Part shown: positions 49,831 through 63,211 of the stretch, piece after piece
Numbering within the stretch: the stretch's first letter is position 1
How the letters are laid out: each line of letters begins with the position of its first letter
Source of the DNA: Camelus dromedarius
Taxonomy: Eukaryota
Direction: 5' to 3'
Length of the DNA: 64,000 bases
Assembly: GCF_036321535.1 (NCBI RefSeq)
Contig: NC_087436.1
Location: 44,952,001 to 45,016,000, forward strand
The notes under the pieces: generated by a model
The model's database searches: none
What the model was told of the DNA's origin: nothing
What the model saw: only the letters and a program-made list of their open reading frames with translations
Translations under genes and position numbers: made by a program

Positions 49831-50489
49831 ATGCATCACCACCTCCCTAAAGCAAGGATGCTAGAGATGAGTAAAACAGAAATTACAGTGCAGAAACGCA
49901 ACCTAAAACTAATGTAGGCACACCTTCTTGCCACTTTTTATAAATTATGTTGATCAGGGACCGCTGAAAAGATTCTTTACTAAGTACTGATAAGAAAACT
50001 TTATTATAATTTGTATAGGACACAAATTTAAAATCCATTCAAAGGACATAATCTAAGTCACACTAATTAATTTGAAATGTGGGTCTTTTATTGTCATTTA
50101 CAACAGAAGAAAGAAAAACAGGATGTCTGGGGAAGAAATGGGATGGGCTAGAACTCGCTTGGCAGCCACACGATGAACCTCTGCCACGGGCCACCTTCCA
50201 ACAACGCAAAACGGAAGGACAAGGCCCCACGTGGACAATAATTTCCCATAAACAAATAAATACAAAATGGGGTGAGAAGGGACTTAAGTGAGATTTGAAG
50301 AAAATACACAAAGTAAGAAATGCTCAACTCTCCTTAAAATGTCAGAGAATTCCATAAGGAAGAGAAGAGGCACAGAGGAGAACTTCACAGATGAGGGAGC
50401 TGGTCAGGAGACAAGAGATCCAGAAGCTGGGGAAAAAAATTAACACAAGAAGAGATGGACGCAAGAAAACAGCACAACACACCAGACTC

Positions 50490-50590
50490 CAGGGTGACTC
50501 TCCAGAGTCTCTGCACGTTGGAAACACCTAGGGAATTTTTAAAAAATTCTAGTGCCCAGGCCTTAGCCAGACAATTAGAAACTCCAAGAG
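50490..50590. mobile_element. MER5-type hAT-Charlie fragment
   Basis: 'ctgcacgttggaaacacctagggaatttttaaaaaattctagtgcccaggcc'. Confidence 0.6.
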
Positions 50591-53500
50591 TGAGAAAGGA
50601 GAAAGGGAGAAATCTATAAAGATGCTAAGAGAGTTTCAGAAACCAGTGAGGCTGAAGATTTTCTTGAAGAAATGAATCCCGTGTCCCACATGAAAACAGA
50701 AAGGAAACAAGTATTGATGTGGCTCTCTATAAGGATTTTAAGAAAATTCTTGAAGCTTTTTATGTTGCTTTTTTAAATGTAGATATACATTGTATATGCT
50801 CTTTTGCATGTATGATCTATTTCACAGTAAAAAAGAACTGAATTGTCTTCTTTTATTAGCAGCCATTACAAATGTAATCCAGTATCAGCTCTTTCTCATT
50901 TTATTCACTCAGACTTTATGTTTTCACCATGCAATCTCTTCTGGCAGGAGAAAATGTTATTTATATTAAAACAATTAAGACAATTATCTCTCAGGGCATC
51001 CTCCCAACAAATACCCTGGACCACTGTAAGATGGTACCCAAAATTCCCTCGATGGCCATGGAAAGTAGATTGACATTATTTTTGTGATGATGTCATGAGC
51101 ATGTGCCAGCTGGAGCCCAAGCATCTCCATAGCAGTAAACTCAGGGCCAGGTTTACCTGAATGAAGTTATAGTAAAACTATCTGTTAGAAAGAAACAAAC
51201 TGAAAAGATACTAAGTGCATTGTTTTATGGATTACAAAAAACTGTAATCCTAGAAATAAAAAAAGGAAAATTATAATAAACATATGCAAATTAAGGATTA
51301 GAAGACTGAGGACTCACAATTCTTTGCTTATGGCAGCACTGAGAAGACAAGACAAATAATTCTTTAATAAACACTGAGCAGAAAGATCACAATATCTATA
51401 GTAAACAGAGGTGCAAATGGCGAATGATTCATTCTCTGCAGACGAGCCAGAGTGATGAGGTTAAAATAGGTAAGAAAAAGCAGCACAGGAAGCCAATCCA
51501 CATTTTTTTATCTGGAGAAAAAATTAATTATGCCTAATAATTAAAGATCAAGTAGAACAATAATCAAGAAGTGCAAAATTAAATTCTGCTGCCCTCTATC
51601 CACAGCCAAATTGGATTTTGCAAAACAATTAAGTATTAAAAAAAAATGTGGAGGGGAGATGACAACTAAGTCATTTCTACTTGAGGTAAATTTGGGGATG
51701 AGAGAAAAGAATATTTCATCTGATGAGTTTCCAGATTTCAATTAGCGTGAACACGAGGTGGGCACGCATATCTACAGGCGAGGTTCAGCTTGCGGCGAGG
51801 AATACGCACTGGGAAGGGACTGAACCACATCTGTTTTCGTATGTAATGCTATAATGATGAATTATAATATAAAGCAATAATGTCTAAGCTGATTTTGAAA
51901 ATAAAATATTATGCATTGGAACATAAAACTAATCTCAGATAATATAACTCCGACTACTAGAGAGACCTGAAATAATAGGGAAAACTTGTTGAAAGATAAG
52001 ATAATGCTTGGGCCATTAGCACAGGAATTGCTGACCAGAACTAAGTAACGAAATTATATAGTGTTAGTCCAACATGGTTGTTCATCCATAAATTCTAATG
52101 TTTTCAGCAATCTACTCTACTTATTGAAGAAAAAAATAATATGTAAAGGTCAAACAGAACAACTAGGAATAACCAATTCACTGTGATAGCTGTATTTTTA
52201 TTAATAAAAATCATGCCCAGTATTTGTGGAGCTATTTTTTTCCAAAGAGCTCAAGCACTTTAGAGGACCTGATAATTCGCTTAAATTCTTATGAGATATA
52301 TGACTTAGAAGAAATAATGCCCATTTCAGAGGTAAGTAAGTGAGACCCAGTTGTAGTAAAGGATCAGATCCCAATCACATAAGAGAAAACTGGTCTGTAA
52401 AGGATATGAAAATATAAAAATGTGAACTACTAAACATATATTATTAATGTAGATTCAGGTTTAAATTTAAAAAGAGATTGCAATGAGTAAATACAATCAG
52501 GCTGGGATTAGTGACAATAAGAAAAAAGACAGAGCACGTAAACACAATTAGAAATACTTTTAGACTGCAATGTTATCATCTGTAAAAGAAAAAGTTTGAA
52601 AGTAAGAATCACTTAGAAGCATTTAAAGAAGAAAAATTCTGAGTCTGTACAGAAGAGTAACATCTTTATCATTGTATTTCAGAGTAAGCTGTGTTGTCAC
52701 AAGAACGCATGGAAAAACCAACATTACCAAAAGATCCAAATCAGACAGACCAGACACTGCACCGTTCAGTGTCCTTCATGTCATCATGTCATACGTTTAA
52801 TCAAACACAAATAGCAATCACAAATTCTACATGGTATTCTTTAAATGATAAGAGCAGGCAGTAACGCCCAGAAACCCCACACACAATCTCTTATTAAACA
52901 AGTAAAAAATAGCTCTGTTTATAGGTCTCATTTTCCAACATTCAATACGGGAACATTATAAGTATCTAATCTTGTCCAGTGATCTAATCAAAACTGAAGA
53001 TTCTAAAAAGCGGATTCTAAGAATCACTCACAGCTTCCCTGGCCAGAGCATTGAATAACTTTTTAAGAATACAGGCATTTTGTCAAATATTTTTTCCCAG
53101 TCTGCTCCAATCTTCTCTGTTGTTCTTAGAACTAGTTGTGGACCACCGATTTTGTTCCTCTGTTAGCTCAGATTAACTCAAATTCGGTGTGTGCTTTAAA
53201 GCTGTTACTGGAGGACAGAATATCTCTGTCTTATAAAAGCATGTTCTGCCAAACATGCTTTTAGTCAGTTAGTTAGTTAGTTAGTTTGAGGAAAATGATT
53301 TGACTCACAGTGTAGCTCTGTAAATAAGCATTGCTATGAACAATAGGGAGAGAACTGCTGATGTTAAATTCTACTTAGAGCTAAATTCCAATTAGAATTA
53401 AATAAGGCATGTTGCTTCATTTAATCACAACATCTCCAATTATAAATCCAGATGAAAGGTATTGTTTTTATGTACTGATTATTTAGGAATCTACCCAGTT

Positions 53501-54560
53501 GAATTATAATCGTCATTATATTTTTTGAAATTTTATTTTTTTACTGTTATCCCTGAAATGCTTTGAAGTAGATTCATATCATAAACCCACTTTCCTGAGA
53601 TAGTTGTCATAAAATGGTGCTGAGTAAGTCACCAAGATCACACACCTGAGAACAAATTTAAATTACTGAAAATTACACTAAAAGAATAAAAGATTATGTA
53701 AACATTAACAGATTATGAAGAACAAAAGATGGGAGTGTGAACAGAACACTAACTTCTCTACCTCAGTGTTTCATTTTAAAAAAAATTCAAAGAACTTTTG
53801 AGTGAAATATAATACTAAGGTTTACAGTAAGAAGAAACTATATATATGTATAAAAATATAGATTAGGATGCTTCTATGGAAATGTAGAAGAATGGAGTAA
53901 GTAAAAGTTTCCCAGAACAGACTGTTGTTGAAATGAGTTTGTTTAAATCCCTCCTGAACCACCTTATCCTCAAGAAAAAATAAAACTGAGAACGTTTTCT
54001 AGAGTTCATGTAAGCCCAGTTAGGTAAGTATCCTGATGGGCACTGTTGTATTTTCTTGGCAGAGAGCGTCCAGGGTAATAGCTTTCTCATAAAATGTTAC
54101 TACAAACATTAAATTCAACTAACCATGGTAAGATATTCCTTTTGACTATCCTGACTCTTCTGTGATTCTTGTCCTGGAAAATTCAGTCTCTGCATGGTAC
54201 TCAGTCAACATCATGAATATGGGCGTTGGTAGTAAGTAACAAATATGCTACAATATGAACATGTAGAGATATTTGTAAATACAGAAAGAGTGAATAGAGC
54301 AGGAACAGGCTTACACTGATGCCCTGTCCCTTCCCCACACCTTCCCTATGGTCTCTTCCCTTCTGCTAACACATGTGTTTAAATATCTCCTATATCCCAG
54401 GTGGAAAAGCATTCTTTAAACGTGGTTTCCCTTTGTGCTGTTATTCTATTTAATATCCTTATTAATACAATGTTTTATAACAATACAGCTGGTTTTTCAC
54501 TCACCACTCACTCTTTAATCTCCATAAAATCAAGTACCAATACATAAAAAGCTAATGACT

Positions 54561-55049
54561 ATAATTCAAAAAGATACATGCACCCAAAGGTTCATAGCAG
54601 CCTTGTTTACAATAGCCAAGATATGGAAGCAACCTAAATGTCCATCGACAGATGACTGGATAAAGAATTTGTGGTATATTTATACAATGGAATACCACTC
54701 AGGCATAAAAAAGAATAAAATAATATCACTTGCAGCAACATGGATGGACATGGAGTTCGTCATTGTAAGTAAAGCAAGCCAGAAAGAGAAAGAAAAAAAA
54801 ACCACATGATATCATTCATATGTGGAATCTAAAAAAAAAAAAAAAACAAGGACACAAATGAACTTATCTATAAAACAGAGACAGATTCACAGACACAGAA
54901 AACAAACTTATTGTTACCAGGGGGAAAGCAGAGGTTGGAAGGGATAAATTGGGAGTTCAGGATTTGCAGATACTAACTACTATATATAAAATAGATAAAG
55001 AACAAGTTTCTACTGTCTAGCACAAGAAATCATAAAAAAAAAAAAAAAA
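54561..55049 (+). mobile_element. 5'-truncated LINE-1 (ORF2 end + shortened 3' UTR) with TSD
   Basis: Translates [36 protein letters not shown]...SQKEKEK, with a frameshift in an A-run before the stop; TSD gctaatgact at 54551-54560 and 55051-55060. Confidence 0.93.
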
Positions 55050-55239
55050 CGCTAATGACTCTGTTTCTTCCCTTTTGACTTTTGGTCAGTGGGTACATTC
55101 TTCACCATTCTCTTGAAACTCACTGGCCTTTGCTCTCATTATCCTGCTTAGAATTTACCTTCCACCCTCTGGCCCTCTTCTCTGGTCCCCTTTGTCAATG
55201 CTATTCCTTGATATGCCTCCAGAAGATGGACGTAACCCC

Positions 55240-55406
55240 GAGACAACCACTGGGCACCCGGATACCTTGCAAGGCTTGGGAAAACACAGACTGCTGAGCC
55301 CCAGTCCCAAAGTTTTCGATTCAGCCCACCTGGGGTGGACCTGGTTTCTCACAAGCTCACAGGTGATGCTGAGACTGGTCAGGGGCCCGTACTTTGAAAA
55401 CCGCTG
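55240..55406 (+). mobile_element. MER5A hAT-Charlie MITE
   Basis: 'aaaacacagactgctgagcccc...gattcag...ctggggtgg...tttctcacaagctcacaggtgatgctga...actttgaaaaccgctg'. Confidence 0.8.
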
Positions 55407-58400
55407 TCCTCAGGCTTAGTTCTACATTTTCTCTCTTACATACCCTTATTCAGAAACCTCACTTACTCTGATGATTTTTAACTCTCACTTCTCGTGGATA
55501 ACTCTTAAACCGCTGTCTCCAATCCTAACTACCCCCAAACTTCATTCTCGTATCTCTTAACTTCGTCTCCACCTGGCTGCCCCTCCACTACCTTGAACTT
55601 CACTTGCACTGCCCAGCTTATCCTGTTTCTTCAGAAGCCAGCTCTTTCTCTGGATTCCCTCTTCCTTGCCCTGTAGGAACCATTATCTTCCCAGTCATCC
55701 AGGTTCTATAATAGGATATCATTTTTCTTCCTCTGTCTCACAACAAGTCTTGTGTCCCTTGACACCCCCTTTTACTGTTTCTATGCCAGGTCATTGCAAG
55801 TGTGCATTACTTCACACCTGGACTTCTGTGATCACTTATTTTATCTTCCTGCCCCAAACGTACTCCCCACGTACGTACTAGTGTCACGTTAATCTCCCTC
55901 AAATACCACTTTGTAAACCTTGATAGTTTCCCACTGTCATTGGGGGAGAGCTTTTCAACTGCCGTGGGCTATGAGTGGATTACAGATGTGCTAGTGTTTC
56001 CATTTCCTGAGACACAAGAGCATCCGGCCTGGACTGGGCAGCTGGACCTCAAACAGCCAGAGCCTCAGTCACCCCCACCTCTCACCTCTTTCACACCCAA
56101 CATCCCCTCCAACCATTTCAAATCTTTTCTTTCACCCCAAGATGACTTTTAAATATTTTCATATTCTGCATGTGCCATGGAGTGAAAATTGTTGGCAGAC
56201 TCTAGGGTAAGCACCAGGGTTCAACAACAAACAAAACACCATCCTCATCCTTAATTTCCAAGATCAGAATAATCTCAGATTTTCTACTCGAATAGGGATA
56301 CCTGTGACACCAAATAATCATAGAAGTTAATTTATCTTTTACTAATTAAACATTATTTTAAAATTGTAAACGACATGTGCCATGCACATAATTGTTTTAC
56401 CTTTGATATCATTAACTTATTCATTAAAATTATGATGCTGTCCTAAACCTTTCAATATACGATCGAACAGTAAAAAAGCAAAATTCTAACCTATGTGACA
56501 TTGAATATACTAATCTACACAATGAGAACTACTTTCCTTTTTATTCACAAGAAAATTCCAGATAGTTTTATAATATTTTATTATTCTATAGGCTAAACTC
56601 TACAAATCTAAGAAATTTTCAGGGTCAAGGCTTATCTTTTATTTTTGATCACAGGCATGTAGCATAGTGCTCACTCTATAAATGATTATTGAATAAAAGA
56701 ATAGGTGAATGCATATTTTTTCAGATCATCTATTAACCTTTTCTCTGGTTTTTTTTTCCTGATATATTTGCAGTGACTCTTTTTTTTTTAAAGTCATTTC
56801 ATTTGATTTCACTATTTGCTTTGGTTTGTTTTTGTTTTAAGCCAAGCAGCATTTCTTATATTTTGATTAAAAATGTCTCTCCTGTCCTTCTCTTCCTGTA
56901 CCTCCATTACAGTGACTATTAAATTTAAAACTTACATGCACTTGTGTGACAATCATGTCACCTCCCTAAATTGTATTCTTACAACAGAAAGTACACATCA
57001 TCTCAAATTGATGTTTCCATCTCAACTGACTCATTTGGCAGGAGGAACAGCTATCATTTGCCAGCAGGTTGACATAGCAAAGCAAGGGCTGGGCTCACAG
57101 CACAGGACCTTTCATCGGTTGTAATCTACAACACATGCGTATTGCAGAGTGCCAGGTGTAGATCAGAGGGTGTCATCGTGAAGAACAAGAATAGGAAACC
57201 TTCCCTGCTTCTCAGGACTTGTTAGCATAAAAAGCATGATGCTGCACCACCACCTACCTTTTAGTGGGAAAGTTATGAAGGTCAGCCCAGACTTGACAAT
57301 GAATTTGTCGTTCCCACCAAGTGAGTCATTGTAAATAGGGCCATTCATTTATTTAAACAACTATGCCTCAACTTTACACTGAAAAAAGTACTATTAAAAA
57401 AATCTTAAGAATGCATGGCTGTGTAAATCTTCATCTAGCCTGCAATAGTGAGGGATGTATATGAGTCCGTGAAAACTCTACTTGCCTGAGATATTTTTAA
57501 GTGTTTCATTTAGAGCAAATCAATTTCCAAGTAAGAAAACCAATAACTACGGGAAAAATATGGCATATTTTTTTCTTCAAATTTAGATGAATTCCTTACT
57601 TTCTCCCCTTCACATACATCTCACATTTGCTTCGTCTAACTAATCTCAAAATGTATTTCTCTTTTTGTTCTCATACATCAGTCTAAATTTCTAAATATCA
57701 TTATCATCATCATCTCTCTCCAGGAGAATTCACTCTGTCCTTTTCGTACGCTTACTCCCCTGTCCCCACTTCAAATACCCAACAATGTTCCCTGCTCCTC
57801 TCTTACATAAGCCTGATGCTGGCCCACCGTCCTCTTGCTTCCCATCTCTATATCCTCAGTCATCAAATTTACATGCTATGCCTTCTTCTGTCTCTAGAAC
57901 CTACCTATCCAAACCCTGTCTGTTTTTTGGGGTTTTTTAAGCAGGATTTTTTTATTATTGACATATAGTTGACTCACCAAACTCTTGCAGTTTTCCAGGG
58001 CTCATTTCAAAGCCTACTTAGTCCACAAGATCCTTCTAAATTAATAACAGATTTGTTACAGAATAACAATAAGTTATCTTTATTGCTTCTCATTGTTTTT
58101 AATATTTCATTACAATATCACCTTAGCCAAGATCCGTATCTAGATCCTAGAATAAGAAGATGTCAGCAAAATCAGATCTTGGAATATTGGGAAGAGTCAT
58201 GGTACACATGGAAAACTCCATCAATCAGGTTCAAAATCATTACGATATTGGAGTTAATACGGGTCACTTAAATAATCACCACCCAAACAACAGTCAGCTG
58301 AGCAGCATATCTGCAGGGACATGCTGACGGGTCTAAACAGGAACGTGCTCACAGCTCCTGCTTCTCTACTGTGTAATGGTACAAGCAGAGGTGTGGCCAT

Positions 58401-58424
58401 TGGACTAGCAATTGTGCTTCTTTT

Positions 58425-58655
58425 CAGTGAGTTGAACAGTGGCTTACATTTACTGAATATTTAATATGTGTGAGGCACTGTGAGGTATTTTGCATGCGTG
58501 CGTTCCTTTAATCTTTAGCCAATAAACAAAACATAGTTATCACCTTCATCTTATAGATGAGAGGTGGATTCACCCATAGCAGCCACTCAGAGAGGAGTGG
58601 AGCCAAGATTTAGAGCCATACTCTCTGCCTGAGCCCTTAAACACCGTACTCTGCT
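58425..58655 (-). mobile_element. MIR SINE
   Basis: 'acatttactgaatatttaatatgtgtgaggcactgtg...tttaatct...catcttatagatgag...gtggagccaagattt'. Confidence 0.7.
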
Positions 58656-59424
58656 CAGGGCTCCTATTTCTCCTCATTCTTAATACTTTTGCCAAAATTG
58701 TTTGCCCTTGATTCATCCTTTCAAGACTGACAGTTTATTTCATGAAACATTCAGGTTTAAAAGTCCTAGAATGGATCAAACAGTTTTCAACAAAATTATT
58801 GTCTTCTGTCATTTTATTTTGAAATAGCAGGGACTGACAAAAAGGAGTGGTATTTGGAGGAAAAAGAAGAAGTAGGCTAAGTGCTCTTTTGTAGAAATAT
58901 CCCCACTCTCATGTCAGCTCGCACAGCATCCTCCTGATCACCCAGAGACCCGCCTTGGCATATCCCTGAGCAAAGTGCTTGAGCTATTTGGGTAAAATCT
59001 GACCCTATCACACACCAGAAACACATGATAAATAATCAGAAGACCCTGCAGTTGTGAGGTGCTTGCTTCATTGATGAGAGAGCATTTTTCATCGCTGCTT
59101 TGATTTTCATAGTAAGAAAGTCTCTCAGAAGCTGAGAGAGATCTGAGAGAGATCTGATCTGAAAGAGATGTGAGTCCATTTTTAAATTCCCCAGATTATT
59201 TAAATAAATAAATCACAAACTAAGGTTATAAAAATAAAAGTATATTCTAGACATCCAATAGCACACATTTCCACTTTTAATATCCACACAAAAAATGCTA
59301 AAATATAATTGTGCTGCTTATAAAATAATTCATGAATTTTAAAAAATATATTCACAGAGTGCTATTGATAGTACGGTTTGGAAATGGGACACATGTTTGA
59401 ACTCGTAGGATCAATAATGTAGTC

Positions 59425-59555
59425 TGTGACAGAGAGTGCCATCTGTCCCCTAAAATCTGTTCTTCCCTGATACATACAACTGATGGAATTTTAGCTGCAA
59501 AGCTTTGGCTATGGTCCGAATGTTTGTGTCCTCCCAAAACTCATATGTCAAAAGC
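59425..59555 (+). mobile_element. Two abutting LTR 5'-end stubs (second MLT1A-like)
   Basis: 'gctatggtccgaatgtttgtgtcctcccaaaactcatatgt' matches the MLT1A start; the preceding 'tgtgacagagagtgcc' stub is LTR-start-like. Confidence 0.5.
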
Positions 59556-59731
59556 TAGTTATTTTTGTCTTCTTTCACGTAAGAGGAAGGTACAAGTGAA
59601 GATGTAACTTAGTTAAGGTAACCCAGCCAGGTCTCCAACTTGGGTACTGTAGCTCCAAATTCACAGCAAAGTTCTACTCTTTGTTTCTGCCAAAATCAAG
59701 ATTGTCTAGACATCCCTGTGTAAAAATACAA

Positions 59732-59967
59732 TTTTTTAATTGAAGTGTAGATGATTTACAATGTTGTGTTAGTTTCAGCTGTACAACATAATGATTCAGG
59801 TATATAGATACATTGTATAGATATGGACGTATATACATATATACATGTATACATATTCTTTTTCAGATTCTTTTCTAATGTAGGTTAGTACAAGATATTG
59901 AATATAGTTCCCTGTGCTCTACAGTAGATCCTTGTTATCTATTTTATATATAGTAGTACATATCTGT
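59732..59967 (-). mobile_element. L1 3'-UTR terminal fragment (antisense)
   Basis: 'ttttttaattgaagtgtagatgatttacaatgttgtgttagtttcag...ttttcagattcttttc...caagatattgaatatagttccctgtgct...tatctattttatatatagtagt'. Confidence 0.9.
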
Positions 59968-61114
59968 AAAAGCAAACGTTTGACTATCAAAGTGTGTTTT
60001 CTACCTTCCATTTACTGGATAAATAATAGTTTAGACATTTAGACATGGAGAGGAAAAAGAGAGGCCAACACTTCTTAATAAATAGAAAACTTAGTCCATC
60101 TTAGAATAAACAACTGATCCATATTTTGATGATTAGCAATATCCTTAATGTAAAACACAAGCCATTATCTTAAGTCAAGGATAGCATAAAAATGACAGCT
60201 ATCTGAAATAATCTTACGGGCATTAATAAGGGAAATTTACCACAGGAATGAAAAGAAGGAAACACCTTCTTCAAACTTACAGGTCCTCCTTGGTGGGTCA
60301 GGCTTACACACGTATAGAAGGAAGACTTTTGCATCTCTGTGCGACAAGAGACTACAGTGATGACACGTGAGCTGGCAATGGACATCCCACAGACCTCAGG
60401 CCAGTGAAGGGCATCTCTTACATGTCCACCCGGGAGCAAGGTTGGGACTACGGATAACTTGGCAAAGTGTATCCTATTTATTTTCCCTTAAAATCACATG
60501 TTGTTAGAAACTATAAGACTTCCTAAAATGTTGATAAGAAATACAGATAACAGCAATATTATTCAGACACCCTACCTACTACTTACACAGTCAAATACTT
60601 CCGCTTTTCCTTTGCCTCTCTCTCCATCAAAAATACCTACCTGATACCTCACCTCCTCTTAGATCCTTGCCCATTGTTAAGCATTATAATCTAATTTCTG
60701 ATAATACATGGTATCGCTGCAGCTAATAACAGACTTGACTTTCATGGTAGACATCGTCTAAACTTCAATAAGTACAAAAAATTTCAGAAGGTGTGGTAAT
60801 CTCTTGGAGATATTTTAGCTGATTGATCTTCCCAAGCATTTCCTATCATTTTTTACATAGCCAATATTTATTTTTCAAATGTAGTAGTAATCCTTATCAT
60901 AATATTTCCAAATATCAACTTAAAGATAAAACTACTAATGCCATGTTTCTTTTTTATATCCATATTTATTGACACTTTAAAGATTTCCATTTTTTTCTTT
61001 TTGTCTTGTTGGCAAGTTCAACTCAGAATTGTTGTAAATAAAGGAAAAGCAGACTCTCCGGACTAAAATTTGACTAATAAGAAATAAACAATTCAGACCA
61101 GAAACAGGACTAGG

Positions 61115-61340
61115 AATTAACATTTACTGAGAGTCTATTCTGTGCCAGGCTTTATGCACAGAAGACATGCATTATTTCAGGAGATTATCGGCAAGAACAG
61201 AAGTAAGTTTTATCCCTCCATCCATTTGATAAACGAGAATTCACATTCAAAAGATGTCTTACTCATGGATTCTCAGATAGCAAATGGTAAAACTAAGATT
61301 AAAATTTAGATCTATTTGATTCCAAAGTTCATGATTAAGA
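61115..61340 (-). mobile_element. MIR SINE (diverged)
   Basis: 'aacatttactgagagtctattctgtgccaggc', 'ctatttgattccaaagttcatg'. Confidence 0.55.
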
Positions 61341-61559
61341 AAAAAAAAGACTTTAGGAAAAACTGATTGTGTTGGTTTTTTTTTAAACTCATAAAAAGTT
61401 TTTTTAACTGTTGATATAGTCATATCTATCCTATAATTTCTAAGCAGGCTTTGTTCTTTTCTTTTCTTCCCCCTGCTAGCTTTTTTTTCCAGTTCAGATA
61501 AAAAGTAGATAGATATAAACATCTCAGAAGGTTATGTGGCCCCAAGAATGGCTCAAGTA

Positions 61560-61905
61560 TGAAAGAAAATGAAAAGACATTTAGAGAAATCAATCAAGTT
61601 TCAAGAGAGTTCTCAGACGAGCTCAGATTTCAAAAGGACATATGTAAAAGCTGAAAGGAAAAGCACTAAAGTGGAGATAAATGGGGGAAGAGGAGGAGCT
61701 TACATCTGTTGGAAGAGTGTAACAAGGACTCAAACCTGAATACACAGAGGCTTAAAGGAATTCCAGTCATCATTAGGGTTTTTTAAACTATTAAAAGGAA
61801 ACGCCCCAAGAGGAAGCAAAATGCCAACTGTTTATGAAAGGTGTTTAATATTTACAGAAGTCTTACCCAATCCCTGTTTTGCCTCTGTCTTCTCCACCAA
61901 GGGGA
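61560..61905 (+). mobile_element. CR1/L3 LINE ORF2 fragment
   Basis: ttt gcc tct gtc ttc tcc = FASVFS (61878-61895), a CR1-type motif; upstream 'gggttttttaaacta' resembles the GFF(K/N)Y block. Confidence 0.55.
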
Positions 61906-62726
61906 GGATAGTCTGAAACACATTCCCCAGAAAAGGGAGGTATGTTTTATAACCAATGGTTCTTAGTCTTCCTCTGACTCCTGAGAAATCCCAACACCCA
62001 CACGGATGTTATTTACACTGTAACTCTCCCTGTTCCTTGATCTTCCTCCTGTACCTCCCTGCAGTAAAACTCACTCTGTGGCCAATCCAGAATGGCTTCA
62101 TTCTGAAAGCATGAATTCCAGTAGCCTGCTCGGATCATAGGCTTCTCTTTTCCAGTTCCTGCAACACTTGCACTTTGAACTTATCAAACCCCCAAATCTC
62201 CTAACTTTCTATTTGATTCATAGCCTTTGCCTCCTGGTTTTATTCCCTACCGTACCAAGACTTCCCCATTCCTCACCTCAGTGACTCTCACCCGGCTCAT
62301 GGATATTCTGACCTTGGATCCACTCAATCATCTACCTTCTCCATTGTATAATTAGTTGGGAAAAAAATCAAAACAACCTTTGGGTGAACACCACTACTTT
62401 GAGGTATTAAATCTTAAAAAAGAAACTTTCAGTAGTTAATGGCAATCACTGTTTACACGTCTCTGGTAAGTTCTCTCTCCTTTTCCTAGGATTCTAGAAT
62501 TTCTTGACTCTCCTCAAATCCTCTTTCATATCTTTCCTCCTGTTGTATCCAGGAGATGAAATAGCCCCTCACTTCAGAGAGGAAAAAGAAGCCATGAGCA
62601 ATAAACTCCCTCAAATGGATGCCCTCCCTCCAACCTACAGTTAACTGCCTCAAGAACCAGCTTTCCATTACACTCTTCCTTTTGTCCAAGCCTACCTTTT
62701 CAGGAGACCTCCACTTCCTCCCTGCT

Positions 62727-63211
62727 GTGGTGAAGAGCTGCCATGGTTTCTGTTTCCCAGCTCTCACAGCTTTTCACGGTGATGCTGGGCTTGATCATGG
62801 GACACACAGTAGCCAATGGGACAACAGCAAACGGATATAAACTGAGCTTTCAGAAAGAGCTGGTGCATTGAAGTCTGCCTTTTCTTGCTGCTCCTGGGAA
62901 ACCTAAGACCATGACTACGTGAGTAATCTCTGTCTAGCTTCCTTAAAAGTAGTCAAACCTTAGGCTACCCTTAGGATGATGAAAGACATATGGCTTGGCC
63001 ATTGCCCCCACTGAGACTGAGCCAACTGCCTGATCTAAGAGGCCATTCTCCACTCAGGCAAGCTACCACCTGACCTCAGAGATCATCCCAGCCAGCTCAA
63101 ACCAAAAGAACTGCCCAGCCAAACCATACATTTTTTGAGAAATAATAAACACATATTGATGTTAGCCACAAAGTTTGGGGGTGATTTGTTATGCAGCAAA
63201 TGCTAACTGAC
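62727..63211 (+). mobile_element. MaLR LTR (MLT1G/H-like), solo LTR
   Basis: 'gccaatgggacaacagcaaac', 'agaactgcccagcc', ends 'aagtttgggggtgatttgttatgcagcaaatgctaactgac'. Confidence 0.85.

Larger units (their letters stand above)
54320..55950 (+). mobile_element. L2 LINE fragments split by the L1 and a MER5A
   Basis: 'tcaccactcactctttaatc' before the L1; 'ccattctcttgaaact', 'tcacttctcgtggataactctta', 'tctccacctggctgccc' and 'tcacacctggacttctgt' after it. Confidence 0.55.

Noticed and set aside
194..57976. Fourteen AP-1 heptamers (TGACTCA/TGAGTCA) noticed across the window
   Set aside because: Only modestly above a rough composition-based expectation, and CpG decay inflates TG/CA-containing words
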